The notes under the pieces are model-generated. The model searched no databases. It was not told the DNA's origin and saw only the letters and a list, made by a program, of their open reading frames with translations. Of a stretch of 64,000 nt of DNA, positions 41,564 through 51,781 are shown piece after piece. Every line of letters begins with the position of its first letter. Within the stretch, counting starts at the first letter, position 1. Position numbers and translations under genes: made by a program. Where the stretch lies: positions 448,001 to 512,000 of the forward strand of contig OZ251219.1 in assembly GCA_965240465.1 (NCBI GenBank), read 5' to 3'. The DNA is from a bacterium. GTDB lineage: Bacteria > SAR324 > JACQKK01.

Positions 41564-42487
41564 TTAATTTACTGCCAGCCTATCATAAGTAGGAGTCATT
41601 AAATTATTTATAAGGTTATGTTTCCTTTGTTTTGGTGAATTTTCAATCCTGTTCTTTGATAACTCTAAGTATTCTAATTCTGTATCATAACCTATACACT
41701 TTCGGTTATTTTGCACCGATACCAAAGCAGTCTGCCCACTACCTAAAAATGGATCCAGTATGGTATCTCCTTCTTGTGAGTATAACAATAATACCCGACG
41801 TACCAGTTCTTCTGGATATGGGCAAGGATGATTAATTGTTCGCGGCGGTACAGGAGCGATATGCCATATATTATTGGCAATATCTTTGGTGAATAATTCA
41901 TCAACTGCTATGGCTTCTTTTTTGCCTCTACGCATGGCTCCTTCTTTTCTAAATAGTAAAATGTACTCGGTCATTATGTTGGGATAGTAATACCCCATCC
42001 GTGGATTTTGTATGTAGCTGCCCGCTCTACGCACCCCGCCTGTCACCTTATTCCAGATGATATCTTGATGAAATTTCCAACCCGTCTTTACCATACGTTC
42101 TGTGATTGCCATAGGCGTTGCATAGTGTTTGCCTTTATAAAGTATGGTACCGACTACAATGGCACAAAATCCGCCTTCCATTGTCGTCCGTAGTACTTCT
42201 TGGAATGCTTTTTCAATCTTATCAAGATATTCCTCATAGCTATTTCCAAAGGAAGAGTATTTTCTTTCTCTATGCCATGCTTTGGTATCCTTGGCATGAA
42301 TGTCATAATCAATGGAATTCCAGTATGGCGGTGAGGTAATAGTTAGGGCTATTGACTGATCATGGCATTGATTCATTTCCAAACAAGACTGATTAAAAAA
42401 GGAATAGTTATCTCCTTTTACGCTGTTATTGTTTGCACTGTGGTTTGCACTGTTGTTTATACTGTTGTTTATACTGTTGTTGCTCAT
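41564..42487 (-). CDS. Orphan beta-class N4-C/N6-A DNA methyltransferase
   Basis: ITSPPYW precedes HPCPYP and DPFLGSG; N-terminal Asn/Ser stretch derived from a 12-bp repeat. Confidence 0.92.
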   Translation of the reverse strand: MSNNSINNSINNSANHSANNNSVKGDNYSFFNQSCLEMNQCHDQSIALTITSPPYWNSIDYDIHAKDTKAWHRERKYSSFGNSYEEYLDKIEKAFQEVLRTTMEGGFCAIVVGTILYKGKHYATPMAITERMVKTGWKFHQDIIWNKVTGGVRRAGSYIQNPRMGYYYPNIMTEYILLFRKEGAMRRGKKEAIAVDELFTKDIANNIWHIAPVPPRTINHPCPYPEELVRRVLLLYSQEGDTILDPFLGSGQTALVSVQNNRKCIGYDTELEYLELSKNRIENSPKQRKHNLINNLMTPTYDRLAVN

Positions 42488-42599
42488 ATTTTGCCTGCTT
42501 ACAGGTTAATGGCTTGCAGATAGCTTTTAAGCAAGCTGATTGGGTGGTGAGTTTGATGGCGGTTGGGTATTTTTGCAGTAGATTATAACCGAGCTCAGA

Positions 42600-44492
42600 C
42601 TAGCCATCTTTCAGGTGTATTTCTGGTGGGTTGGAGGCGGGAAACATTTTGGTCATCAGCCATTGTCCCCAGTTATTGGCAGATTGGGGGAGTATTTTTT
42701 TGTTTTGGAATTGAGTTTGGTGTAAGCGGCTGAGGAGTCCTCCTTGGTTGATCAATTCCTGATATTTACCGGATTCCATCACGGTTCCATTGTTGATAAC
42801 GTAGATTTGGTCGACTTGTTGGATGGTGGAGAGGCGGTGAGCGATGACGATGGTGGTGCGATTTTTGATGAGGTTACTGATGGCGAGTTGTATTTCTTGT
42901 TCGGATTCTGTATCTAGGGCGGAGGTAGCTTCATCTAGGATAAGGATGGGGGCATCTTTAACTAGGGCTCGGGCGATGCATAGGCGTTGTCTTTGTCCTC
43001 CTGAGAGTTGCATGCCGCTTTCTCCGATGCTGGTTTCATAGCCTTGTGGGAGTGCGGTGATGAAGTCGTGAGCGTAGGCGGCTTTAGCAGCTGTGATGAT
43101 TGATTTTTGGGTGCAGTTAATTTTGCCGTAGGCGATGTTGTTGCCGACGGTGTCATTAAAGAGGAAGATTTCCTGATTGACCATGGCGATTTGGTTACGC
43201 AAGGAATCGTATGAGCATTTTCGGACATCAATATCATCAATAGTGATGGCTCCTTCTTGGGGTTCAAAGAAGCGTGGGATCATATTGGCTATGGTAGTTT
43301 TGCCAGCTCCGCTGGGTCCTACCAGAGCGATTACCTTACCGCGTGGGATTTTAATATTGATATTGTATAGTTGAATTTTTTTACTGTTATTGTGTTGGAA
43401 TTTTTTAATTTTAAGTTGGATTCCTTTTTTAATGGGGGGCAAAGTTTTAGCGTTGGGATGGTCTTGTTCGCATTCTGCATTAGAAAGGGTAGCAAATACA
43501 TTCTGGCAGGCAGCTAATCCCTCTTGGATGTTAATGTTAAAGCCGCTAAGTCGCTTAAGAGGACTATTCATCATAAATATGGCTAGTACAAACGAAACAA
43601 AATCACCTGGGGTAATCGCCTGCTGGATGATTAAGTGTCCCCCCACTATGATAACCACCGAGCATACTAAGCATCCGATCACCTCTATTATAGGAGTAGA
43701 ATAAGCATTAACCTTAACCGTACACATTTCTTTTTTGGTTATCTCATTGTTAATGACTCTAAAACGTTTGCGTTCATAATCTTGCATGCCGAAAGCTCTC
43801 ACTACCCGAACTCCCCCCATTGTTTCTGATAATAAGGAGCTCATTTTGCCTAGTTTATCCAGTTTTTGTCCGGTCGCTAATTTATTAGCTTGACCAAATA
43901 CATAGATAAACACCATGGCTATCGGAATCGCCAAGATGAAAACTAACAATAGCTGCCAACTACGATATCCCAAGATTCCCAGTAGGATAACAATCATCGG
44001 TAAGTCCCTGAACGGTCCTACTAAGCTGACACGTAGGGCCTGCTGCAGAGTTATTATATCGGAAGTAAAGTGAGATATTAAAGTTCCCACCCGAGTTTTC
44101 ACAAAAAAACCAAAGTTCATCTCCAGCAAGTGATCATAGAGTTGCTGACGCAGTCTGTAGACGGTCTTCTGACCAATCAAGCCCAGTAGATAGTTATGAA
44201 TAAAAAAGAAAAACCCCTTGGCAGAAAAAACAATAACAACTGCCAACCCCATAAAAATAAAACGATCTAAATCCGGAATATCCCCCTTACTCAAATGATC
44301 AACCACATCCTTGGCATACCAAGCAGGCAAAGCATTAAAAAAATTGTAACAAACCATCCCCAGCAAAGCCCCAATGAATAACTTCCTATGCTGAAATACC
44401 AATCCCAGCAAACTCCTCAAGCTAACGTAGTCATTCTTATTCGTCCCCACTTGCACCAATGCAAACCCAATTTTGGAAAAGATGTTTTTCAA
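42600..44492 (-). CDS. msbA: MsbA-like ABC exporter (fused TMD and NBD)
   Basis: 6-TM domain, GPSGAGKT, LSGGQRQR, ILDEATSALD, AHRLST. Confidence 0.8.
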   Translation of the reverse strand: MKNIFSKIGFALVQVGTNKNDYVSLRSLLGLVFQHRKLFIGALLGMVCYNFFNALPAWYAKDVVDHLSKGDIPDLDRFIFMGLAVVIVFSAKGFFFFIHNYLLGLIGQKTVYRLRQQLYDHLLEMNFGFFVKTRVGTLISHFTSDIITLQQALRVSLVGPFRDLPMIVILLGILGYRSWQLLLVFILAIPIAMVFIYVFGQANKLATGQKLDKLGKMSSLLSETMGGVRVVRAFGMQDYERKRFRVINNEITKKEMCTVKVNAYSTPIIEVIGCLVCSVVIIVGGHLIIQQAITPGDFVSFVLAIFMMNSPLKRLSGFNINIQEGLAACQNVFATLSNAECEQDHPNAKTLPPIKKGIQLKIKKFQHNNSKKIQLYNINIKIPRGKVIALVGPSGAGKTTIANMIPRFFEPQEGAITIDDIDVRKCSYDSLRNQIAMVNQEIFLFNDTVGNNIAYGKINCTQKSIITAAKAAYAHDFITALPQGYETSIGESGMQLSGGQRQRLCIARALVKDAPILILDEATSALDTESEQEIQLAISNLIKNRTTIVIAHRLSTIQQVDQIYVINNGTVMESGKYQELINQGGLLSRLHQTQFQNKKILPQSANNWGQWLMTKMFPASNPPEIHLKDG

Positions 44493-44790
44493 AAAAATTA
44501 CTCCTAAGTAAATATAATCCCCCTTCCAAACCCCCCAGTCACCAGCACTCCAAAATACGCCGACCGAAAATACTCACCCCGCTATTCTCTCAAAGAAGTA
44601 CCAAAAAATCAAATGCAACCCCCTCTGTAATCAATTAATAGGAGCTGGACCTGCCCACCATCCATCACCATCAGTAATAATAAAATAATCCTTGAAATAA
44701 TAAAAAAATAAGGAATTCGTGCTAAAATGCTAAAGTCAACTGACTACTCGCATCGTACCTCACCCCTTTCTCTTACCCAAATACCCCAAC

Positions 44791-45444
44791 TTGCCAATCC
44801 CACCCACCCAATCGCGACACCTACTCTTCGCCAGACACGGAGAAAGTGAACATAACCTGAATAAAAAGGTGTTCATGGGGCGTTCCCCTAATTCAGCCCT
44901 GACACCCACCGGAACCCAACAAGTAAAATCCCTAGCCCAACACCTCGCCGATGAAAAAATCGCAAATATCCGCCCTGATGCCATAATAAGCTCTTCCCTA
45001 CTGCGATGTAAGCAAACCGCAACCCTTATCGCTACCAAACTTGAAATCCCCCTCCACCTAGAAGATGCCTTCTGGGAACTCAGCAAGGGGCAGTGGGAAG
45101 GTACTATGCCCCGAATACCACTACCCGAACCATGGCTCTCTCAACTAAACCAAGATCCATTCCATTTCCGCTACCCCAAAGGAGAATCCCATCACGACCT
45201 CCAAAAGCGTATCGCCCCCGCTTTCCAAAACTGGATTAAAAAATTCCCCACCGAAAACCTCCTCTTCGTCCTCCACGGCGATGTCCTTCTTAATCTCCTC
45301 CAACAATTAATAGAATTCCCACCCCGACGCATCAATGACTTTAACCTCCAACTCTGCTCCCTGACCCACTTCGTCCAAACACCAACCAATTGGATACTCA
45401 ATTTCTTCAACCATTCTTCCTTCCTACCACCGCAATCCCGCTAG
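44791..45444 (+). CDS. Histidine phosphatase (phosphoglycerate mutase family)
   Basis: RHGES, SSLLRCKQTA, E..KGQWEG, GES, LHG. Confidence 0.9.
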   Translation: MPIPPTQSRHLLFARHGESEHNLNKKVFMGRSPNSALTPTGTQQVKSLAQHLADEKIANIRPDAIISSSLLRCKQTATLIATKLEIPLHLEDAFWELSKGQWEGTMPRIPLPEPWLSQLNQDPFHFRYPKGESHHDLQKRIAPAFQNWIKKFPTENLLFVLHGDVLLNLLQQLIEFPPRRINDFNLQLCSLTHFVQTPTNWILNFFNHSSFLPPQSR

Positions 45445-45543
45445 ATATCCCCCCCAACAGCTAAGACTTATCCTAACCATCGGATCATAATCACAGCTAT
45501 CAAGGTCTTAGCGGGGATGAAGTATTTCCGTGGCGATTTTTTA

Positions 45544-46257
45544 TTAAGAGCTGGGCTTCCAGCGTAATCCTAGGGAGTAGAAATTCAGTTTTTTGCTTTG
45601 GAACATTAATTGGAATTCGGTGGGGGTTGGGCTAGCGGGAAAGCCATCGCGGGAGACATTATTGCTAAAGAAGTCCAGTTGCCAGTTTTGCCAATCTTGG
45701 GTGCGTTGCAGAGCGTGAAGGAAGCAGCTGGAGCTATCGGTTCTAAGTGCCAGCAGGGCATTGGGTTTACAAACCCATTCTAGGGATTTTTGTAGTTGTT
45801 GATTATCCAGCAGTCGTCGCGGGCGATGTTTGGCTTTAGGCCAGGGGTCGGGGAATTGTATAAGTACTAGGTCTACACTGCGAGGAGGAAGAAATTCTGC
45901 CAAGCGTAAGCCATCTGCATATAGCACCTGAACATTTTGCAGTTGGACACGGTGAAATTTGGTTTGGCTACGCAATAATCGCTTGAGACGCACTTCAAAA
46001 CCAACCAAGAGATCGTTTTGGTGAGCAGATGCTTCTGCTAACAAAAAACCTCCCGAGCCACTACCCAAGTCCACCACCAGACGCCCACACTCCTCCTGAT
46101 GTGCTACCTTCTTCGCTAGCTTTTCGCTCGCTAGCTTTTCGCTCGCTAGCTTTTCGCTCGCTAGCTTTTCGCTCGCTAGCCACTGACGAAACAGGGCTGG
46201 CGAGAAACGCAAATTTGCTACCTCAGCTAGCTTAAGGTTATTTTTACCATTTTTCAT
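45544..46257 (-). CDS. trmB: tRNA (guanine-N7)-methyltransferase TrmB
   Basis: DLGSGSG, GFEVR, FPDPWPKAKH..RRL, LRTD, TEF. Confidence 0.9.
   Translation of the reverse strand: MKNGKNNLKLAEVANLRFSPALFRQWLASEKLASEKLASEKLASEKLAKKVAHQEECGRLVVDLGSGSGGFLLAEASAHQNDLLVGFEVRLKRLLRSQTKFHRVQLQNVQVLYADGLRLAEFLPPRSVDLVLIQFPDPWPKAKHRPRRLLDNQQLQKSLEWVCKPNALLALRTDSSSCFLHALQRTQDWQNWQLDFFSNNVSRDGFPASPTPTEFQLMFQSKKLNFYSLGLRWKPSS
46113..46180. repeat. Perfect 15-bp repeat (tcgctagcttttcgc, 4.5 copies) encoding (LASEK)n in TrmB
   Basis: Direct reading. Confidence 0.95.
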
Positions 46258-46319
46258 GCCAGTGCTGGGAGATTTTGCAGGGGGGCGGAGGGCGGAGGGG
46301 GTTAGCTGGATATTCGCCC

Positions 46320-47345
46320 TTAACCCAGCTTCTTTTTAGAACGCTTACTAGGCTTAGATTTAGTCAAAGCTTTAGCAATGGAGTCTACCATCGGTCGCTT
46401 AAACAAGGCGGGTTTCTTGCGATAGCCTTCATTTTCCCAAGTGACCGAGGGACTAACATGCCCTCCTACCGCTTCACTCATAACATAGACAGCCAAGAAC
46501 GCCTGCGGGTCGCATTCAAACAGTAGTTCTTTAATTTGTCCCAGCTGATGTAGATGAATAATGCAGTAAATCACCTTTAACTTTTTGTTTGAGAAAGCTC
46601 CTACTGCATCAAAGAAGGTAACTCCACGATGCATGTGCCTCATAATGGCTTGGGCTACCTCTTCGGGCTGATCAGTGATGATCTGTACTGCTCGCTTTTG
46701 TGAAAAACTAGTCAGCAATTTTTCAAACACGATCCCAAATACCCACATGTACAAGGCAGAGTACAGCAATATATCTAAATTGGCATAAAACAGGGCCCCC
46801 AATAGATTGAGCCCATTAACCACATTAAAAGTGGTGCTGGTAGGCATCGCAAATTTTTTCTTCATGTACATGGCCAGTATTCTTTGCCCCCCGCCTGAGC
46901 CTCCTGCTCGCACTACCACCCCGATTCCCACTCCTAAAATCACCCCTGCCATAATGCATTTGAGTACGTCATTTTCTGGCAATTCCAACGATATCCCCTT
47001 GGTAGCTTCTAGTAAGAAGCTCAGCATCAACATACCAATGAACGAAATAACTGTGTGACGCAGGTGATGCTCACGCCAACCCAATATAAAAACGGGAATG
47101 TTTATCACAAGATAAATCACCCCCAAGGGTACCCGATGATCAAAAACGTAATAAAGCAGAATGCTAGTCCCTGCTAATCCCGAAGGAACTAACCCAAACA
47201 CCAGCACCACTGCATTTACTCCGATGCTCATCAAGCTAAGCCCTATGAGGGTTATAAGCAACAGAATGTAAAAACGCTTAGTGCATAAATAAACCCGTAC
47301 TTCACTTAGCTCAAGGCGTATGCGTCCAACGAATTCGCTATTCAC
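46320..47345 (-). CDS. YitT family membrane protein (DUF2179 C-terminus)
   Basis: SGLAG, INIPVF, AGGSGGG, RGVT...GAFS, DPQAF. Confidence 0.88.
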   Translation of the reverse strand: MNSEFVGRIRLELSEVRVYLCTKRFYILLLITLIGLSLMSIGVNAVVLVFGLVPSGLAGTSILLYYVFDHRVPLGVIYLVINIPVFILGWREHHLRHTVISFIGMLMLSFLLEATKGISLELPENDVLKCIMAGVILGVGIGVVVRAGGSGGGQRILAMYMKKKFAMPTSTTFNVVNGLNLLGALFYANLDILLYSALYMWVFGIVFEKLLTSFSQKRAVQIITDQPEEVAQAIMRHMHRGVTFFDAVGAFSNKKLKVIYCIIHLHQLGQIKELLFECDPQAFLAVYVMSEAVGGHVSPSVTWENEGYRKKPALFKRPMVDSIAKALTKSKPSKRSKKKLG

Positions 47346-47653
47346 AATGTCTTCTCACGATGCCTTTTCACGATGCCCTCTCACAATGCCTTTTCACGAT
47401 GCCTTCTCACAATGCCTTTTCACGATGCCCTCTCACAATGCCCTTTCACAATGCCTTCTTACAATGCCTTTTCACGATGCCTTCTCACAATGCCTTTTCA
47501 CGATGCCTTCTCACAATGCCCTTTCACAATGCCTTTTCACGATGCCTTTTCACGATGCCTTTTCACGATGCCCTTTCACAATGCCTTTTCACGATGCCCT
47601 TTCACAATGCCTATTCACAATGCCCTCTCACAATGCCTTTTCACGATGCTTTT
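47342..47653. repeat. 13-bp minisatellite (tcacratgccYtY, about 24 copies) beginning at the yitT start codon
   Basis: Direct reading. Confidence 0.96.
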
Positions 47654-47786
47654 TCTTAATGTCCCGCTATGGAAATTAATTTAGAACGAGGTGTGATCCT
47701 ATTCACAACATTACTAACTTTCTTGCTAAAAAATGGCATAATAAAAGTCATTGGTGAATACAATCTTTTGGTGGTTATAACTTGCA

Positions 47787-48719
47787 ATGAGATTATCCAA
47801 GCGTCTTAGTTACTACAACATTTTGCAGGTATCTTCTACTGCCTCGCAAGAGGTAATCAGGGGAGCCCATCGGGCTTTGCTCAAGGATGGTGCCAAGCAC
47901 CCCGATCTGGGCGGCGATGACCTGGATGCCAGCTTGATCAATGAAGCCTACCAAGTACTCAGTGATCCTAAAGCTCGCCAAGAGTACGACTATCTATTAT
48001 TTTCCCGCTCGCAACAGGATGCCCCTAGGAAATCAATTGTCTTGCTGATCTGCACGAATTGCCGTACTCCCAATAGGCTATCCGATGATAACCCTCTCCA
48101 ACAGGCACGCTGTGAGAAGTGCGGTCGCAATTTGCTATCCCCCGAGGGCCATAAACCACATGAAAGTGTTTCCAAGAAGGCTTATCGCTTGGGTATTTTT
48201 CTATTTGAAAAAGGACTATTCATTCGTGCTCAACACGAATTTGAAACCACCCTTAAGTATGAACCAAATAAACCGCAACTCCACTACTGGATCGGAAGAT
48301 GCCAATATCAGCGAAGACTTTTCACCCAATCCAGACGCAGCTTTCAAATTGCTATCTCGCACGATGAAAATCAATTCCACTACCACTTCTGGGACGGACA
48401 AAGCCTATATGCCCTGAAATCGCACCACGAAGCCGCCCAATCTTTTATAAATGCTCTCCAACTCAGACCCCGACACTGGCCAACCATGATGCGTTTGGCT
48501 TCATCTCAGGTTCGCAGCGGAGATGCCAACCTAGCCCTGGAAACCCTAGAGAAAGTCATTGACACTGAACCTACTAGGAGCGAATTTTACACCTTAAAGG
48601 GAATGGTTTATTTGTCCTTAGAGCATAAAAAATTGGCCCTCAAAGCGTTTCGGCAAGCTCAAAATCTCAGCCCTGATGACCGTCTTACTGATAAATACAT
48701 CCAGATTCTTTCCCGTTAG
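47787..48719 (+). CDS. DnaJ-domain, C4 zinc ribbon and TPR protein
   Basis: YYNILQV..HPD..INEAYQVLSDP..R..YD; CTNC..CEKC; C-terminal TPRs. Confidence 0.9.
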   Translation: MRLSKRLSYYNILQVSSTASQEVIRGAHRALLKDGAKHPDLGGDDLDASLINEAYQVLSDPKARQEYDYLLFSRSQQDAPRKSIVLLICTNCRTPNRLSDDNPLQQARCEKCGRNLLSPEGHKPHESVSKKAYRLGIFLFEKGLFIRAQHEFETTLKYEPNKPQLHYWIGRCQYQRRLFTQSRRSFQIAISHDENQFHYHFWDGQSLYALKSHHEAAQSFINALQLRPRHWPTMMRLASSQVRSGDANLALETLEKVIDTEPTRSEFYTLKGMVYLSLEHKKLALKAFRQAQNLSPDDRLTDKYIQILSR

Positions 48720-48978
48720 TTTTCTCATAAAAAGAAGCGTTGCAGATCGTCCATAATTAACCTATGCTGAGCGGGTGGGTAATAGAGGGCAGCTGGGGGA
48801 GTGGTTGCGAGGGGCAGTCGGGGGGGGGGGTAGTTTTGGGGGAGTAGTTTTGGGGGGAGGCGTTATTTTGGGGAGTTATTTAGGGAAGGCATTCTTTTAT
48901 GGAGATTGAATGGCAAGAACTAAAAGGAATAGCTTAAACAGGCAAATTACAACGAATAGATTGGAGGACCGAAATTGA

Positions 48979-49818
48979 ATGGCAAAATCATTAGATAGCA
49001 AGGGTACAGAGCAGTTATTAGCCTTAGCAAAGCTCAGCGAACATGATGGGCATGTATTTCACTTAATGGAGCAGTTGTCGCGTTTGAATATGGAGTTGGA
49101 TTCCAAACGCCGTCCCTTAGATGAAGCTACTCGTTTGTTGGAAGAAGTGGAACTTCCATACCAAGAAATGGAAAAGGAAATAAATAGTTGTCAGCAGACA
49201 GCTAAGGTAGCACAAGAGACCTCAGCTCGTTTTGAATCTCATTTGAATCGCCTAAAAGAAGAAGAAGAACGCAATCAAGCTAAAAAGCAGATCACCGAAG
49301 CCAAGCGGGCTTACGATTTACTGCAAGAGCAAATTCGTCAGCGACACCAAAAACAATTGGAAATCCGCGGCGAACTGGAAGTACTGCGGCAACAATATCA
49401 AGAAGCTAACCAAAATTTTGAACGCCACACCCAAGGACTAGAAACCACCCGCTTAGAACTTAAAAAATCTATCGGCAGTGCCGAAAAAGTCCTAAAAACC
49501 GAGATCGTAAAACTAGACCACGACCTACGTTCCTGCTATGAAAAACTGGTGAAAACAGGTAAACGCCCCGCTACCGCGGCGGTTATCAAAAATTGCTGTG
49601 GCGGTTGCCACATGGAACTACCTCCCCGAGAATATAATCTTCTCTTGGCCAGCAATGGAAAACTAAATCAGTGTAGCCATTGCTATCGTATTACCTTTAT
49701 TCCAGCCGCATATCTAAACGAAGAACCTCCCGCAGAAGAAACTCCCACCAAAAAAACTCCCACCAAAAAAACTACTGGAAAATCTACCCCGAAAACTACC
49801 GAAAAAACAAAGATTTAG
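48979..49818 (+). CDS. Coiled-coil, C4 zinc-ribbon protein (DUF164 / CT398 / HP0958-like)
   Basis: Long coiled coil, then CGGCHMELP...CSHCYRI; TPTKK repeat tail. Confidence 0.85.
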   Translation: MAKSLDSKGTEQLLALAKLSEHDGHVFHLMEQLSRLNMELDSKRRPLDEATRLLEEVELPYQEMEKEINSCQQTAKVAQETSARFESHLNRLKEEEERNQAKKQITEAKRAYDLLQEQIRQRHQKQLEIRGELEVLRQQYQEANQNFERHTQGLETTRLELKKSIGSAEKVLKTEIVKLDHDLRSCYEKLVKTGKRPATAAVIKNCCGGCHMELPPREYNLLLASNGKLNQCSHCYRITFIPAAYLNEEPPAEETPTKKTPTKKTTGKSTPKTTEKTKI

Positions 49819-49819
49819 A

Positions 49820-50296
49820 CTATCCTTTGAAAAAATCATCAACAAACTCTCTGTCCTTGCATTTCTCCAACAATATCCAATTGTTTTTTGCTTTTGGTAT
49901 TTTATTCACCGATAGACTTCCCTGTCCTAGTTGCACAATATAGAGGGTGGGAATGAAATAAAAATTGATCCTTCTTTCCCCATTGTCACGTTCCGACTGC
50001 ACCCCGACAACTACGTCCGAAGTTTCAGTAGTTTGAGTATATTCCTTTACCCCAGATTTATACTCCCGATCTACACCGCCCCTCACCCCGCCCACAAACG
50101 ACACCGAACTGCCACTGACGGTTTTTACCTGAACTCTGATGATACAAGAATCTAATTCCACCACGATGTCATAAGTTGAATGAGGTAAATCAACCCGAGA
50201 AGCATTATAACCTCTTTCCAGTAGAGCAGCTAGCATTCTGCTTTCATTGGCGAATCCTTTTGCTGATGCTAGTTTGCCCTTATTTGTCTCTACCAT
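49820..50296 (-). CDS. Small PD-(D/E)xK endonuclease, probable restriction enzyme
   Basis: E..., YDIVVE...IRVQVKT; start overlaps the MTase stop. Confidence 0.8.
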   Translation of the reverse strand: MVETNKGKLASAKGFANESRMLAALLERGYNASRVDLPHSTYDIVVELDSCIIRVQVKTVSGSSVSFVGGVRGGVDREYKSGVKEYTQTTETSDVVVGVQSERDNGERRINFYFIPTLYIVQLGQGSLSVNKIPKAKNNWILLEKCKDREFVDDFFKG

Positions 50297-51579
50297 TTTT
50301 TAAGTACCAGTACATGATCTTCTTCTATGCGTTCCCTACGGGGAATTTTAATAAAGTGATTGATGATGCCCGACTCAAAACGGCACTCCACTTGATAACC
50401 AAGCTGAGGAGCAACATCTTTAAGATATCGCCAAGTTTCAAAAGGATGTCCCCTGATAATGTTACTGCCGATCACCATTACGTACCTTCCTCCTTTTTTT
50501 AAGACCCGATACACTTCCTGCATATTCAGCACCATGTCTTGAATAAATTTATAGGCAATATATCCTCGGCGAGGATCTGTTTGATAAATTGATTTAATAA
50601 CCGCATCGGCTGTTTTTATTCCAGTCTGGTGTAGGTGAACATAATCTTGGGCACTTACAATTTCTGTACCCACATGATTTACTTTTAAGTCCCTCAAAGA
50701 CCCATTAGCAAAACCCAGCCAATACATTTCAAGCTGGTGCGTTCTGGGATAATCAACTGCGTTCATGTAGGGCGGCGAAGTTAAGGCTAGTTCAAATGTT
50801 TCGTTTCCATAGATGTGCAGATCCGTGGCACTAGCATTGTTTGGTATTTCAACTGCGGCTAGTTTTGCGTTGCTAAATTCAAGCATGCCTTGAGTACTAC
50901 TTTTCAAACGCTTTTGGAAAAGGCTGATGGCATATCCAGCTTTAATCACTTTATTAAGCTTTTTGCGTACCACCGTGCGCGTACAGTTGTTATCGGCCTG
51001 AGAAGTTTGGCGGATAATGGAAGAAAAACAAATAAACAAAAAATTTCGCAGGGATGACGAACATTTCAATTTCACAATACCAGCCTTAATAAAGGCTAGT
51101 TCCCTTAAAACATGTGGCTTGAACCATCCATCCCGGTAAGGAAAATATGGCACCCCATTAATCAAACAGGATGAAGAAAAAGTATCCAAATAGGACCTTA
51201 TCCGTTCATTTGCCCTAAGGAGTTCATCCATATTTAGGGGGGTAGTTTTAACTAGGGACAGAAAGCGGGAAAACGGGTCTATATCCACTCCCACACTCCG
51301 ACGCCCCAACAGCATGGCTTCAAGGTTGGCGGTACCGCTCCCCATAAAGGGATCCAGCACTAAATCACCAGCCTTACTGTATCGCCTGATAATCCAACGC
51401 GGCAATTCAGGAAAAAATTTGGCGGGATATTTGTGAATCCCATGGGTATAAGCCCTTTGGTCATTGCTGATGAATAAAAATCGCTGCCCATCTCCAATGT
51501 TAAGGTCAATCGGGATATCCCCCTTAATACAGATTGGCACTGCCTTGCTGGTTTGAATGTGGTGAGATCTTGCTAACAT
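50290..51579 (-). CDS. Alpha-class amino (likely N4-cytosine) DNA methyltransferase
   Basis: THGIHKYPAKF, DPFMGSGT precedes LTSPPY. Confidence 0.92.
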   Translation of the reverse strand: MLARSHHIQTSKAVPICIKGDIPIDLNIGDGQRFLFISNDQRAYTHGIHKYPAKFFPELPRWIIRRYSKAGDLVLDPFMGSGTANLEAMLLGRRSVGVDIDPFSRFLSLVKTTPLNMDELLRANERIRSYLDTFSSSCLINGVPYFPYRDGWFKPHVLRELAFIKAGIVKLKCSSSLRNFLFICFSSIIRQTSQADNNCTRTVVRKKLNKVIKAGYAISLFQKRLKSSTQGMLEFSNAKLAAVEIPNNASATDLHIYGNETFELALTSPPYMNAVDYPRTHQLEMYWLGFANGSLRDLKVNHVGTEIVSAQDYVHLHQTGIKTADAVIKSIYQTDPRRGYIAYKFIQDMVLNMQEVYRVLKKGGRYVMVIGSNIIRGHPFETWRYLKDVAPQLGYQVECRFESGIINHFIKIPRRERIEEDHVLVLKKW

Positions 51580-51781
51580 TTACAATGTACTTTTATCATC
51601 CAATGGTAAGAATGTACCTAATTTTGGGTAAGTTTGCCATATGAATGCGTTGTTATAGGATAGCTAATAATAATCTTGTGTGTAGCTAGAAAGATCAGCC
51701 AGAGGAGGTAATATTGTGTCAAGGTTTAGGTTGCGGAGTTAGTGTGGAGGTGAAGTATTAGTATTTTGCGTGTGATTTATT

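Noticed and set aside
45460-45512. Intrinsic terminator between convergent genes (gctaagac...gtcttagc)
   Set aside because: 8-bp arms separated by a loop of about 37 nt, with no adjacent U-tract
47320-47684. ORFs of 99-119 aa over the 13-bp array, and similar ORFs at 11881-12264, 29790-30190, 58874-59128 and 60171-60572
   Set aside because: By-products of stop-free repeats or antisense to real genes
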